From Schizochytrium sp. TIO01 (taxonomy: Eukaryota; Protista; Bigyra: Labyrinthulomycetes): DNA of 64,000 nt. The stretch is from positions 5,370,436 through 5,434,435 of the forward strand of contig SMSO01000031.1 in NCBI GenBank assembly GCA_004764695.1, in the 5' to 3' direction. A program made the translations under genes and the position numbers. Every line of letters begins with the position of its first letter. Positions within the stretch are counted from its first letter, which is position 1. Below the pieces are notes generated by a model. The model was not told the DNA's origin, ran no database searches, and saw only the letters and a list, made by a program, of their open reading frames with translations. Shown here in pieces: positions 24,589 to 35,067 of this stretch.

Positions 24589-25467
24589 TTACGTCTGTGT
24601 AAGGCGACCCTCCTGTCGAGTACCTTGCGCAGCGGCCTGGCTAGAAAACCCGCTGCTGTCATCGGGTGAATGCATATTTTTTTCATCCACACTCTCATTG
24701 TCTTCCTCCTCAGCAAACTCACTTGAGCTGAGAGGCAGAATTCGTGGAGCGCAAACTGAGGGGTCGTCATCGTAGACGTCATCTTCATCGTCAGAGTCGC
24801 GAGCATTCATAGCATTGTGCTCATCTATCTCAGAGCGAACTTGGATGAGCAACGCTGCCAAGACACGAACGAGTGCTTCAACATAGGCCCTGCGCTGGTC
24901 TGGTATGGGCACACGTCCATTGAGAATGTCGCTGACATGAGCTGACCGTCCATAGTATGACCAGTTGGTGAAATAGTTTGAGACCAGTAGCGTGCCGTCG
25001 AGCGAGAACCCTGCAAAGAGACCAGTGCTCTGCGAGATGGAGTTGGTGGCACTAATTCCTTTCCGATTGATGCCTGCGTCACTTTTAAGCGAGAGTCCGA
25101 ATCCGCCTGCAATCGTGAACTCGCCACCGAGTCGAAGTTGACCATGTGATTCGAAGAGGCGGATCGTCCTCGAACTCTCAATCAGAATTACCATCTCCGT
25201 CTTGTGAATCCCAAGCTGGACTCCGACGCCTGCAGACGCCATCATAAGTGAGATAGGACCCCCCCATTCGTTGTCGTCGAGCCTTTTGATCGCAAGACCA
25301 TATCCAAGTGCGCCACTAAAGAGGCAGCCGCCCTTGACGAAGGTGATATACACGAGACCTTTCGCCTTCTTTAGCTGACGCTCAGCAGCCACAAGATCAG
25401 GTTGAGCTGCCAGCCAGTCCCGGAGGACCTGCGTGAGCCGCTGAAGCTGCGTCTCAATCGAGGTCAT
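24589..25467 (-). CDS. SYLF/Ysc84 actin- and phosphoinositide-binding domain protein (SH3YL1-like, no SH3)
   Basis: KAKGL..ITFVKGG.LFSG..G.GL...WGGP...G.GVQLG...E.VI...GQLRLGGE...SQSTGLFAGFSLDGT.L....N..YYG....DIL.G; acidic tail. Confidence 0.85.
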   Translation of the reverse strand: MTSIETQLQRLTQVLRDWLAAQPDLVAAERQLKKAKGLVYITFVKGGCLFSGALGYGLAIKRLDDNEWGGPISLMMASAGVGVQLGIHKTEMVILIESSRTIRLFESHGQLRLGGEFTIAGGFGLSLKSDAGINRKGISATNSISQSTGLFAGFSLDGTLLVSNYFTNWSYYGRSAHVSDILNGRVPIPDQRRAYVEALVRVLAALLIQVRSEIDEHNAMNARDSDDEDDVYDDDPSVCAPRILPLSSSEFAEEEDNESVDEKNMHSPDDSSGFSSQAAAQGTRQEGRLTQT

Positions 25468-26989
25468 GGTGCCACTAAGGGGGCCGCTGTTGCGGCTTTG
25501 CGGACTTGTAGGAGCTCCGAGTTGAACGTGCTAATACGTATTATTTATGTATAAAAACTACAAGTGTCCTCATCAGTGTTCTTTTGTTTCTTTCTCTCTT
25601 TCTTAGTATCACAATGAATTCCTTATTTTGATTCGTTTCTTTCTTTTCAGTCGTTTCTTTCTTTTCAGTTGTTTCGTTTCTTTTCTTTTTAATAGTCATA
25701 CATATATTCATTTATTTTCAGAAAAAAACAAAACAAAAAACACCACTGCTATGATGATAATAAAAAAAGCTCCTTTACGAGTATCAACTTGACGAACTTG
25801 AGCTCGCAATTCATGTATGCATAGGCTGTTTCAGACGATGGCAAAAACAACTCATCTACTTTCGGTCTTGGCCTGGCCGCTACGGCACATTTTGGATACA
25901 TTCTATTCCCAAGCCGTCTGCTCCTTCACAGCAGCATCAATGACTAGGTCATTATTAATAAGAGTTCCTAGCTCGGACGGTGAGTTCCGCTATATCTTTT
26001 AAAGAGGGCAAAAATCTGAAACATAACAATGGTGATCCAAAAGCGATTGGTTTCTTTCGACATGAATCTCTTGGAAGGAAATGAAAACAACTCTGCTGAT
26101 TACATTTTTAATCTCAATCCAGAGTTTTGTCTTTCAAGGAGGACCTTCATAGAATCAGAATGCTACTCTTTTAGGTATTTCCAATTCCTATTCACTTCAT
26201 ACTTTTTGACTTGAAAAAAATTCTCATTCTTTGAGAATTAAACATGTGTTCCAGGTGTTCCGTAGTCCGTGCGAAGGTATCATCTATCTAGCTAGCTACC
26301 TACCCTACCAATCTACCATAGTATGAATAATCCCACGAAGTGAATGAAGGCAACAGCGATTGCTTTTGTAGTTCGCCAAGGTCACTCTTCGACGACTCAT
26401 GGACCTTGGTGAACCATACCGCATCAGGAATTGTGCATCACTTGCTCTTGGTTTGTGCAGTCGAGCGGGGGTATCACTTCAAGGCCTAAGGCAGTAATGA
26501 GATGGACTCGCGTGGGGGCTGAGCGACACTAAAAGAGAGCGGGGCGTTTGGGAACCATCAAGCTGAAGTTGGTGAGTCTCAAAGCCATACATATCAAAGG
26601 TGTTTTTGAGCAAGGCAACTCTTTAAATTCTTCAAAGGTCGCTAGGTTTCCTCCTGTTGTTGAACCAGGGCTCGAGATAAAAACTCTCTGTCGTTGAATT
26701 CAGAGCAAATCCATTTTTTAGACAGGCCGATTTGTGAAGTCGCTGAAAGTCCATCAGATACGAAATCGACAGAGAGATCGTGTTGTTTTCTGATAGTTTT
26801 TTGCTACTGACGCACACATCTGTGTTTGGCTTGTTGGGGCGGTAACGTTGGATTCAGATCAGACTGGGCGTTCCTACATTGTGCAGTTTTGGATTATTAA
26901 GGACAGTGTGACAAAACATACTAGTAGAGGTGCGTGCATTGTTCTCGGCCCAATCTCTTAGGTCACTGTTTGCAAAAGTACCTAAAGAC

Positions 26990-29149
26990 ATGGTCCCAAT
27001 CCAGAATTTTTCTTCACAACAGAGTGAAGTGGAGCACTCTGCAATAGAAAACACTGCGAATGATGTAGATAATGTCTCAATGGTGACTGCAAAAGGCACC
27101 AACTTAAATCGTGAAGAGGCAGACACTGGAGACAATAATGGTGATACCGAAGATTGCATTACACAGAAACATTTTCATCAACAGCAACAACAGAACCACG
27201 AAGAAGAATTCATAATTGCTGAAGACGCGAAAGGTACAAACCCTGGGCATACTGTGGACTCGGTGCATCGCGATTTCCTTCCAGGGGTCGTTGTTGCTGG
27301 TGTGGATGCTGAAGGAAAATGGGCAGACCTTGAGAATGAGGACGCAAGTTTTGATACGTTGCTACAACGGATCACACATATTGTTGGCAATCCCATGCCA
27401 AAGACTGTTCGTGAGCTTGTTGAAAGTCGAACTCAAGATTGGGCCGACGGAGGTTACATGATAGATCAGGAAGCACGTACATTAGGCATGCCAAGCAGCG
27501 ATATTTCGGGTTCTCCTTATCATAGTGCAAAAGGTAAACCTAATGGTGGTGTTGCCTCGAGCGTTCAATTGGAACATGGGAATTCCAAACTCAACTTTAC
27601 GCAACCGCCCCTAGACAGTGCAGACGAAATAATTCAAGAAGCAATGCGACTGCGAGAGAGGAGACAATCAGTTTCACATAACGCTGCGGAGCAGCGGCCT
27701 TTAAAATCCAGACGCATTACGTGGACCAAAGCAGAGCGGGAACTATTGGTACGTGCAGACGAAGAATATGGTCGTCCTCTGCGGCTGCGCGTCTCGGACC
27801 TTTTGGGGATCCCACAATCTACTTCAGACAAAGTAGTGGCTCGAGTTCGCACCAGGGGAAGTAGTGACGGGCTTACGGACAGTCGTAGTGTTCGAGAAAA
27901 CCGGATGGGTCGGGGTGCCAAGTTTGAATCAAAAGATGCTCAGTGGCTTTTGTGCCAGTGGCTCCATGAAGACGGCAGCCTTACACTGTCAACTTTGCTT
28001 TCCCGTTTAAATAACGAGCTACTCCGTTCGATCGTGGTACAATCATCTCACGTTGAAAGTTTACAACTCAAGGAGCGTGAGATTGACGGTCCACTAGACA
28101 TAAATAAATGGCTTCACGAGCCTGAAATCCGCCAAAAGTACAACAAAGTTCGACTGAAAAGCATGCAAAGTGTACAAAACAACCTTGCGTTGTTGGTTTT
28201 TTCACATCGCCCTCCATTGCAATCAGATATTGCGAACTCACCTGTAGAGGTATCCCTGCGTCGACGTGTTGCACGTTTATTTCAGAAAGGATTGTCGTGC
28301 GAAGGTACGCACATAGTTTTCATTGATCAGCTTCCATTTCTGCAGCGCCTAATTGAGAAAGACCGTATTGAACGAGGTGCGCTACCCTGTGAGCATCGAA
28401 CAGCAGTGCTTCGACAAGGGCGTAAAATAACTCTTTGTACTCAAGTGGCAATGGCTGCATCGCCGTCATATGGTATAATTGACACACAGCTATTCCTTCC
28501 TGATATTGGTACTGCAATGGCACGCCATGCTGCAGCGATTGCTACAGCTGATACTGACCCATATTTGCGAGACACACTATCTGCACCTTTCGCATTGTTT
28601 GCACGAAAACGGAGTGGTGCTCTTCATCCAGCAGCTGCTCTTGGTTGGACGTTGGAGCCATTGGCCATATTTTTAGATCGTGTTTTACGGCTCTTAGCTG
28701 ACCGGATCGAAGCTCATGCTTATGCTTGTCCTCGCCGGCTTCTGCTAGTGGTGAACAATTCTCATGCAGACTGGGCAGATTCTACTTTGATCCAGTCGCT
28801 GATTGGATATGATCACTTATTTTCTGTAATGGCTCGAAAACAGCTTGACCGGAACCCATCTGTACATGTATTAGGACTTCGTCCTTCAGCAGCAGACCTC
28901 AATTTCTCTACACTATTCTATCCAAGTCTATGTGAGGTTGCGAATAACCGCGGACGTGAATTGCAGCACAAGGCAAGTTTGGCAACATTATTCCAAGAGG
29001 AAACTCGAATGCAAGATTCTTCAACTCCCATCCCTGATCACCGTTTGGAGAAACTGCTGACTTCGGCGTTGGGTCAAGAAACACCAGACCCAACATGTGT
29101 GGAAGACGAAGTCGCCACATATAGGAAAATATTGGAAAGTCAGTTTTAA
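26990..29149 (+). CDS. IS630-Tc1-mariner transposase-derived protein with degenerate DDE triad (putative domesticated gene)
   Basis: HTH RVSDLLGIPQSTSDKVVARVR, GRGAKF linker, second HTH, then colinear DDE_3 motifs HIVFIDQLPF, GRKITLC..AMAAS..GII, LAIFLDRV, LLLVVNNSHA, LRPSAADLNFSTLFY. ORF is intact; no TIRs seen by eye. ATG at 26990. Confidence 0.72.
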   Translation: MVPIQNFSSQQSEVEHSAIENTANDVDNVSMVTAKGTNLNREEADTGDNNGDTEDCITQKHFHQQQQQNHEEEFIIAEDAKGTNPGHTVDSVHRDFLPGVVVAGVDAEGKWADLENEDASFDTLLQRITHIVGNPMPKTVRELVESRTQDWADGGYMIDQEARTLGMPSSDISGSPYHSAKGKPNGGVASSVQLEHGNSKLNFTQPPLDSADEIIQEAMRLRERRQSVSHNAAEQRPLKSRRITWTKAERELLVRADEEYGRPLRLRVSDLLGIPQSTSDKVVARVRTRGSSDGLTDSRSVRENRMGRGAKFESKDAQWLLCQWLHEDGSLTLSTLLSRLNNELLRSIVVQSSHVESLQLKEREIDGPLDINKWLHEPEIRQKYNKVRLKSMQSVQNNLALLVFSHRPPLQSDIANSPVEVSLRRRVARLFQKGLSCEGTHIVFIDQLPFLQRLIEKDRIERGALPCEHRTAVLRQGRKITLCTQVAMAASPSYGIIDTQLFLPDIGTAMARHAAAIATADTDPYLRDTLSAPFALFARKRSGALHPAAALGWTLEPLAIFLDRVLRLLADRIEAHAYACPRRLLLVVNNSHADWADSTLIQSLIGYDHLFSVMARKQLDRNPSVHVLGLRPSAADLNFSTLFYPSLCEVANNRGRELQHKASLATLFQEETRMQDSSTPIPDHRLEKLLTSALGQETPDPTCVEDEVATYRKILESQF

Positions 29150-30344
29150 ATAGTTGATTTGATTATGTACGATTCACGCGAAACAATGAAGGGTTGCTTG
29201 AAAGTAGCCTTATTGCAATACCAAAAGCGGACTCTGTCAATACTAATAATTTGGACTAGAGCCAACATTTAAAGTTTTGTTTTTATGGCAACCAACATTG
29301 AATTTAGAAGCTAGCCGAGCACGTATGATTAATCCATGATAATAATTTTGGCATGATTGACCTCAATGCTGTGGAGGACATTGATTCCTAAGTTTGATTT
29401 TGAGTATCTATTAAAATTTTCATCAATCTCCTCACGTTTGATGCATTCTAGTCGAGCATACATTTCAATCCTTTGACTCATTTTTTCTAGCTGGAGTCTC
29501 AATCACCAGTGGTCTCCTCCAACATGACCCTTTGTCTTATAAGTGACTCCTCCTTATTGAGAGCCACCGCTTCACATTTGCGGCTCAAGCAATTATCTAC
29601 AATTTTTCCTGTCTTTCGCAATGCTCAAACTTTTGTCAAGAATTCTCTCACTCAGTTTTTGTCGTCTTTACCTATAGGCAGTGCTACTTTTTTCGTCAGC
29701 CTTCATGTAGACTGACCTACCATCCTCATCATTTAAAGCACCATCTTCTCAACAATCAAAATCTCCTTAGTTAGCATACTAATACACACAATGTGCAATA
29801 AATACACTTTGTCTGGTATATGCATCTCATTGGTGACGGGAACCAGTGATTGGAGAGGAGCGCAGAATCACCCAGTTATCCTCCTTCTCTCTATTATTCA
29901 AGGTTTGTTACTTTGTTTGTGTGTTCTCAGGTGTTTGATCAATCATCCTCATGTTTGGCTATAGGCTTACCTGTCTATGTTTTGCGTGTAATTCGACTTG
30001 GTCCATTTAGTTCGCCGCTTCAATTTTATGGTTTCCTCTCCACTTATTTTTCTGTATTTTGTGTTTTTGTCTACTTTATGCAGATGGTTTATAGTGAGTT
30101 ATTTCTAAGGTAAGTGAGTTATACTAAGAGAAAATAAGAGAATTGGCAAAATAAGTGAGAGGATGAATGAATGGAATGGGGTTGTCGATTGTTTGGTTCG
30201 TCAGAGCGATCGATCGGTTGATCGATTGATTGACTGACTGATCGATCGAAGGAAACCACATTGCGCTGCACCGCTTTGCGTTGCAGTACTGTGTTCTGGT
30301 CTGCGAGGCGGCGTTGAGGTGCAAGACGCTCGCTGCGTGGCAAG

Positions 30345-32804
30345 ATGTCCTCTAAGAAGTTGCAGCAGCAGCAGCTGCCCAGTGGCATGGCTGATGCGCT
30401 AGGCGCGGACGAATACGAAGATGACAGCGACGAGGAGGTCCTTATAGAGGGCGAGTCTTCTTCTGGCGAAGACAACTCCGAGGATGAGGAAGATTCTCAG
30501 GATGAGGGCTCTGGTGAGTCTGATGACAACGCAGAGTCCAAGAGTGGAACCCCTGTCAAGAGCCTGCGCTCTGCAGAGGCCAGGGCTCGTGGCCGCAAGC
30601 TCGAAGAAGAAGACCCTGATGCATTTCGTGGCGTACGTGGAGAACGTCGTTTTGAAGGTGATGAGAATGTAAGAGCTGAAGGATATGCTTCTTCAGATGA
30701 GGAGCACGAGAAAAATACCATTGGCAACGTGCCTTTACACTGGTACGATGAGTTTGACCACATTGGTTACGATCGCGCAGGTAAGAAGATTGGACGCTCA
30801 CAGAACATGGACGAGGTAGATAAGTTTCTGGCCAGCAAGGATGATCCTTTCTACAGGCGTACCTTTTACGATGCCAAGAACGACCGCTCCATCGTGCTTA
30901 CGGACCGCGAGCTCATTATGGCACGACGCATGATGGAAGGCAAATTTCCGGAGCAAGGCTTTGACCCTTATCCGGACTACATTGACTTCGAGTCCGGCGA
31001 GAAAGCTGTCATGCCTATTGCCGATCCTTACGAACCTAAGCGCCGTTTCGTGCCTAGTAAGTTTGAGCGCATGAAGGTGCTCAAGCTCATGCACGGAATC
31101 CGTGCGGGTTACGTGAAGCGTGGAGGTCTGCCTCCCAAGGAGAAGACTGCCAAACCCGAGGTCTACCTCTTGTGGGGCGATGACGACATGGCAGATGACA
31201 TCAAAAAGCGCCGCAAGGCACCCAAACATATTCCCGCGCCCAAGGTCACCCCGCCCGACCATCGCGAGTCGTATCACCCGCCAGTCGAGTACCTACCTAC
31301 CGAGGAGGAAGCCAAGGAGTGGCAGGAAGCCCACCCGGACGACCGCAAAATCAACTACCTGCCACACGACTTTTCACAGATGCGCCGCATCCCAGCCTAC
31401 GACGACTATGTCAAGGAGAGATTCGAGCGCTGCTTGGACCTCTATCTCGCTCCGCGTAAGGAGGTCAAGCGCATCAATATTGACCCTGAGTCGCTCGTTC
31501 CCAAGCTCCCGCAGCCCTCCGAACTTCGCCCCTTTCCCAACACAGTGGCTGTTACATACTTTGGCCACCACAGTCGCGTTCGTACTCTCGCTGTGGATCC
31601 ATCTGGTGAGCTCTTGGCCTCAGGTGGCGATGATTTGATCCTGCGTATCTGGGAAGTGGAGTCTGGCCGCTGCTTGATGTCGCGTGACTTGAGCAAGTAC
31701 GCCACTGAGGAGGTTGCTGCCGAGATCACGAAGGGCACAGAAAACGAAGATGACGACAAGGAGGCTGAAGAACCTGTCGTGAACAAGGGCTTCATTTCTC
31801 GTATTGCCTGGAATCCGCAGAGTAAGTACCGTGTGGTGGCCGTTGCTGTGGGAGATAACATTATTTTGGTTGACGTCAGCGAAGCATCCTTTGCCTCTGA
31901 GGACGATGTTGAAACCACTCAGCAGCTCATGGCTGGAGCCCTCTCCGCAAATGGCCCAGATAGTGAGGACAACGGAGCCGAGGCCGATGACGATGACGAA
32001 GATGCCGACACTCCCATGATGAACGAGGATGGCGAAGAGGACCAGCAAGCCAAACTTAACCAGGCTCTGCGCGCAAGCCGCAAAATGGTTGGCTGGAAAC
32101 GTGAAGACGATAATCTTGTGATGATCTACTTCAAGGAGGCTGACAGGGGCTCTGTACAGGACCTTGTATGGCACAGCAAGGGTGAGTACTTGGCCAGTGT
32201 CGCCAACACCAAGGTTGCAAACTCCCAGGTCACTGTGCACCATGTCCTTAAGCGCATGTCTCAGCGTCCGCTTCGGTTCCCGAAGGACCACCGTGTCCAG
32301 CGCATTCTCTTCCACCCCCGCAAGCCTATCCTCTTTGTGGCTTCCAAGATCTACGTGCATGTGTATCACTTGGTACGCCAGAAGCGCATGAGCCAGCTCA
32401 TGACCGGAGCGCAGTGGATTTCGTCTATTGCTATTCACCCGGATGGAAACAACTTGGTGGTGGGTACTTATGATCGCCGCATGATTTGGTTTGATCTTGA
32501 CCTTTCAAACAAGCCGTGGCGCACCCTCCGCTACCACAAGAAGGCCTTGCGTGATGTTGACTTCCACCAGCGCTACCCGCTCTTCGCCTCGGCCTCTGAT
32601 GATGGCTGTGTACATGTTTTCCATGCACGCGTCTTTGAGGACTTTGACAAGGACCCGTACTTGATTCCCGTCAAGGTCCTTCGTGGCCACGAACAAACTC
32701 TCGATGGCCTTGGTGTGCTTGCCATTGCCTTTCACCCGACACAGCCTTGGCTCTTTTCCGCAGGTGCTGACGGTCGTCTGCAGCTCTTCCAGAACATTGG
32801 ATAA
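30345..32804 (+). CDS. BOP1: Ribosome biogenesis protein BOP1/Erb1 (PeBoW)
   Basis: NTIGNVPLHWYDEFDHIGYD, PKRRFVPSKFE, HRESYHPPVEYL, KERFERCLDLYLAPR, PSELRPFP and WD40 repeats ending FHPTQPWLFSAGADG. Confidence 0.96.
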   Translation: MSSKKLQQQQLPSGMADALGADEYEDDSDEEVLIEGESSSGEDNSEDEEDSQDEGSGESDDNAESKSGTPVKSLRSAEARARGRKLEEEDPDAFRGVRGERRFEGDENVRAEGYASSDEEHEKNTIGNVPLHWYDEFDHIGYDRAGKKIGRSQNMDEVDKFLASKDDPFYRRTFYDAKNDRSIVLTDRELIMARRMMEGKFPEQGFDPYPDYIDFESGEKAVMPIADPYEPKRRFVPSKFERMKVLKLMHGIRAGYVKRGGLPPKEKTAKPEVYLLWGDDDMADDIKKRRKAPKHIPAPKVTPPDHRESYHPPVEYLPTEEEAKEWQEAHPDDRKINYLPHDFSQMRRIPAYDDYVKERFERCLDLYLAPRKEVKRINIDPESLVPKLPQPSELRPFPNTVAVTYFGHHSRVRTLAVDPSGELLASGGDDLILRIWEVESGRCLMSRDLSKYATEEVAAEITKGTENEDDDKEAEEPVVNKGFISRIAWNPQSKYRVVAVAVGDNIILVDVSEASFASEDDVETTQQLMAGALSANGPDSEDNGAEADDDDEDADTPMMNEDGEEDQQAKLNQALRASRKMVGWKREDDNLVMIYFKEADRGSVQDLVWHSKGEYLASVANTKVANSQVTVHHVLKRMSQRPLRFPKDHRVQRILFHPRKPILFVASKIYVHVYHLVRQKRMSQLMTGAQWISSIAIHPDGNNLVVGTYDRRMIWFDLDLSNKPWRTLRYHKKALRDVDFHQRYPLFASASDDGCVHVFHARVFEDFDKDPYLIPVKVLRGHEQTLDGLGVLAIAFHPTQPWLFSAGADGRLQLFQNIG

Positions 32805-33462
32805 ATCAGTTCCCGTACCTATAAAACATCACAATCTTTTTAGCGACGTCACTTCTTTTTTGTTTCCCTTGCTAGATAGCAGGGCACCCCAATGAATTCT
32901 TCTTTTGCATGAATGCTTTACATCATGCATCTCAATTCACTTGGCTTTTGAGAAGCTTGGATGACTTTTCATAATATTCATAGTTTTGTCAAGATCACAA
33001 CGACGTTTAAAGCTCAGTTGGAATGGTTTCAGAGATGCGAAGTTTAGAGTTCAAGCTGAATGTGAAAAAAACAAAACAAGAGTGAATTTGAATTAATGTT
33101 ATTTTTGCTAAGGACTAACCAACCAACCAACCAACCAACTGACCAATTGGTCAACAAACAGGCGGATTATTCAAAGTAATATAAAGTAGGCGGCGTTTTT
33201 TTTCATACAATGGTCCGAAGAGCACTCATTATCAATACAAAGATGCGCTTTCCTGCTCCATTTGGTTTGTATAGTTGGCTCAGTTTGTAACTCATTCATA
33301 AATGCTACGCAGCACGGCGACCCGAAGAAAGGTACAAAACTACCGCCCGTCAATGCGCGATTAAAGCTCCCGTACGGCGTGGGAGACGGTGTTCTAGGCA
33401 CCTACAAAAGCTCACTAGCTAAATGTACATTCGCCGCTTTCCAAGTTCTTGGCCTAGTCTGC

Positions 33463-34290
33463 TCATGACCCCTGGAGGTTATTTGAGGCGACAGGTTTCG
33501 TCTCCGCCACAGCCGCCTCTACGGCCGCCTTGACGTCAAATCCAGCCGGTTTCTCCAGCGCCAACACTTTGCCCACAAGCGCTTGAATTCTTGCTGTTGC
33601 TCTTGCCGCGGCTTCTTCTGCCCTCATGCTGTCCCCTGCACTAGAATCGTCTTCCCATAGTGGGTCCCTCTCCAGTACCGCCGAAGATGCCTCTGTATCC
33701 ATAACGTCCGCCGCCACAGGTCCCAGACGCCAGCCGAGCTGCTTGGCCTGAAGCATCGCCGTCTGCTCGTCAAGTCCAAGTTTTCGCGCCGCTTGTGCCA
33801 CAGAGACCCTCACGTGAGAGCTACGCAGCCTTCGCCAGACTTCACGCCGAGACCTTGTTTCCACACCGGACGCCAATTTTGCGAGATCACCACCCAGCTC
33901 TGAGCAGTGAAGCGTGTTGAAGTGACGTTCATAGTCACGCTTATTTAAAGCCTGTGCTGCCTGCGCCGCCTTTTGGATAGCTGCGTTATCCTTGAGAGAA
34001 GCAACACTCAAGATTGCCTCATAGCGTAGCAGGGCCAACCTAGCGCCACCGGCGTCTCCGTCCGCACACAGCGCGAGCAACAGGGCAGGGAGAACCTCGC
34101 AGAGAGCGTCGTGGGCGGTGGAGGCGGCCTCAGGAGCACCACGCAAACGTTGCACGGCAAGACTTTCGAGTGAGGAGCATGCGGAAATGAGCCGAGCAGC
34201 GGCAAGGCCGACAGCAGCAGAAGAACTCTCGTCCTCAGAGGAGGGAAAAGACTCTAACAAGGAGCGCACGCGATCCAGAGAAGCCTCCAT
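33463..34290 (-). CDS. PCI-domain CSN8/PSMD8/eIF3K family protein, COP9 signalosome subunit 8-like
   Basis: LLLALCADGDAGGARLALLR...AQALNKRDY...TRSRREVWRRLRSSHVRVSVAQAARKLGL.......KQLGW parallels the CSN8 pattern; first ATG at 34290. Confidence 0.6.
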   Translation of the reverse strand: MEASLDRVRSLLESFPSSEDESSSAAVGLAAARLISACSSLESLAVQRLRGAPEAASTAHDALCEVLPALLLALCADGDAGGARLALLRYEAILSVASLKDNAAIQKAAQAAQALNKRDYERHFNTLHCSELGGDLAKLASGVETRSRREVWRRLRSSHVRVSVAQAARKLGLDEQTAMLQAKQLGWRLGPVAADVMDTEASSAVLERDPLWEDDSSAGDSMRAEEAAARATARIQALVGKVLALEKPAGFDVKAAVEAAVAETKPVASNNLQGS

Positions 34291-35067
34291 AATGGATCCA
34301 CGCAGAATGCGAATATCAAAGAGACGATGGAAGCGAAGAGTTCGTGCGGACCCTGAAACCGCGCGATTCAAATTTGCTGACTAGGGTACCATTTGTTCGC
34401 TGTTTTTATCTTTGCTGTCATGAAGAAAAGATCTTTTCAAGTGTGCCACTAAAAGAAATTAATAAAAAAAATTAAATTCAATATATATAGGTATAGTATC
34501 ATGGATAAATTGATTATACAATTGCCAACATATGTTCTATATTTTCTAAATTCAAATCATATACTATGAAGCACAGTTTGGAGTCAGGATAATCGCATGA
34601 TATAGAAGAATATGAGGGAAAGATGGATGTTGACAAATAAGGGATTGTTTTTCATAATGCAAATGAGTTTTTGAGGCAGCGACGATAGATGGAATGAAAT
34701 ACTACTGTAAGATGAAGCATCAAAGGTTCTGTAATAGCATTGGTTGAAGTCGACTCATATTGAAATTGAATAAAGGGTCATGCCGGCAAGAAAGTCATGC
34801 TTGAGAATTAACGAATGGCTGAACCTGACATCTGGGCGATCTCAAGACATTGCATTAAAAAGTAAAAAGAAAAAAGATTGCGAAATAACACATTGTATTA
34901 TCTTAAATTGCTTGTATTGACTTTTGTGCACGGGGCAGAATGTAAGTAATCTACGAGTTTTGTGTGGAGTGTGTGAAGTGAAGTGCTTGTGAGCGGCCTC
35001 AGATGGTCAAAGCTGGCCAAACAGCTATAGGTAGAAATAGCTAGGCAATTCGTTTGCAAACAAGAAT

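Noticed and set aside
31620-32438. 272-aa antisense ORF within BOP1
   Set aside because: Same codon-bias shadow effect.
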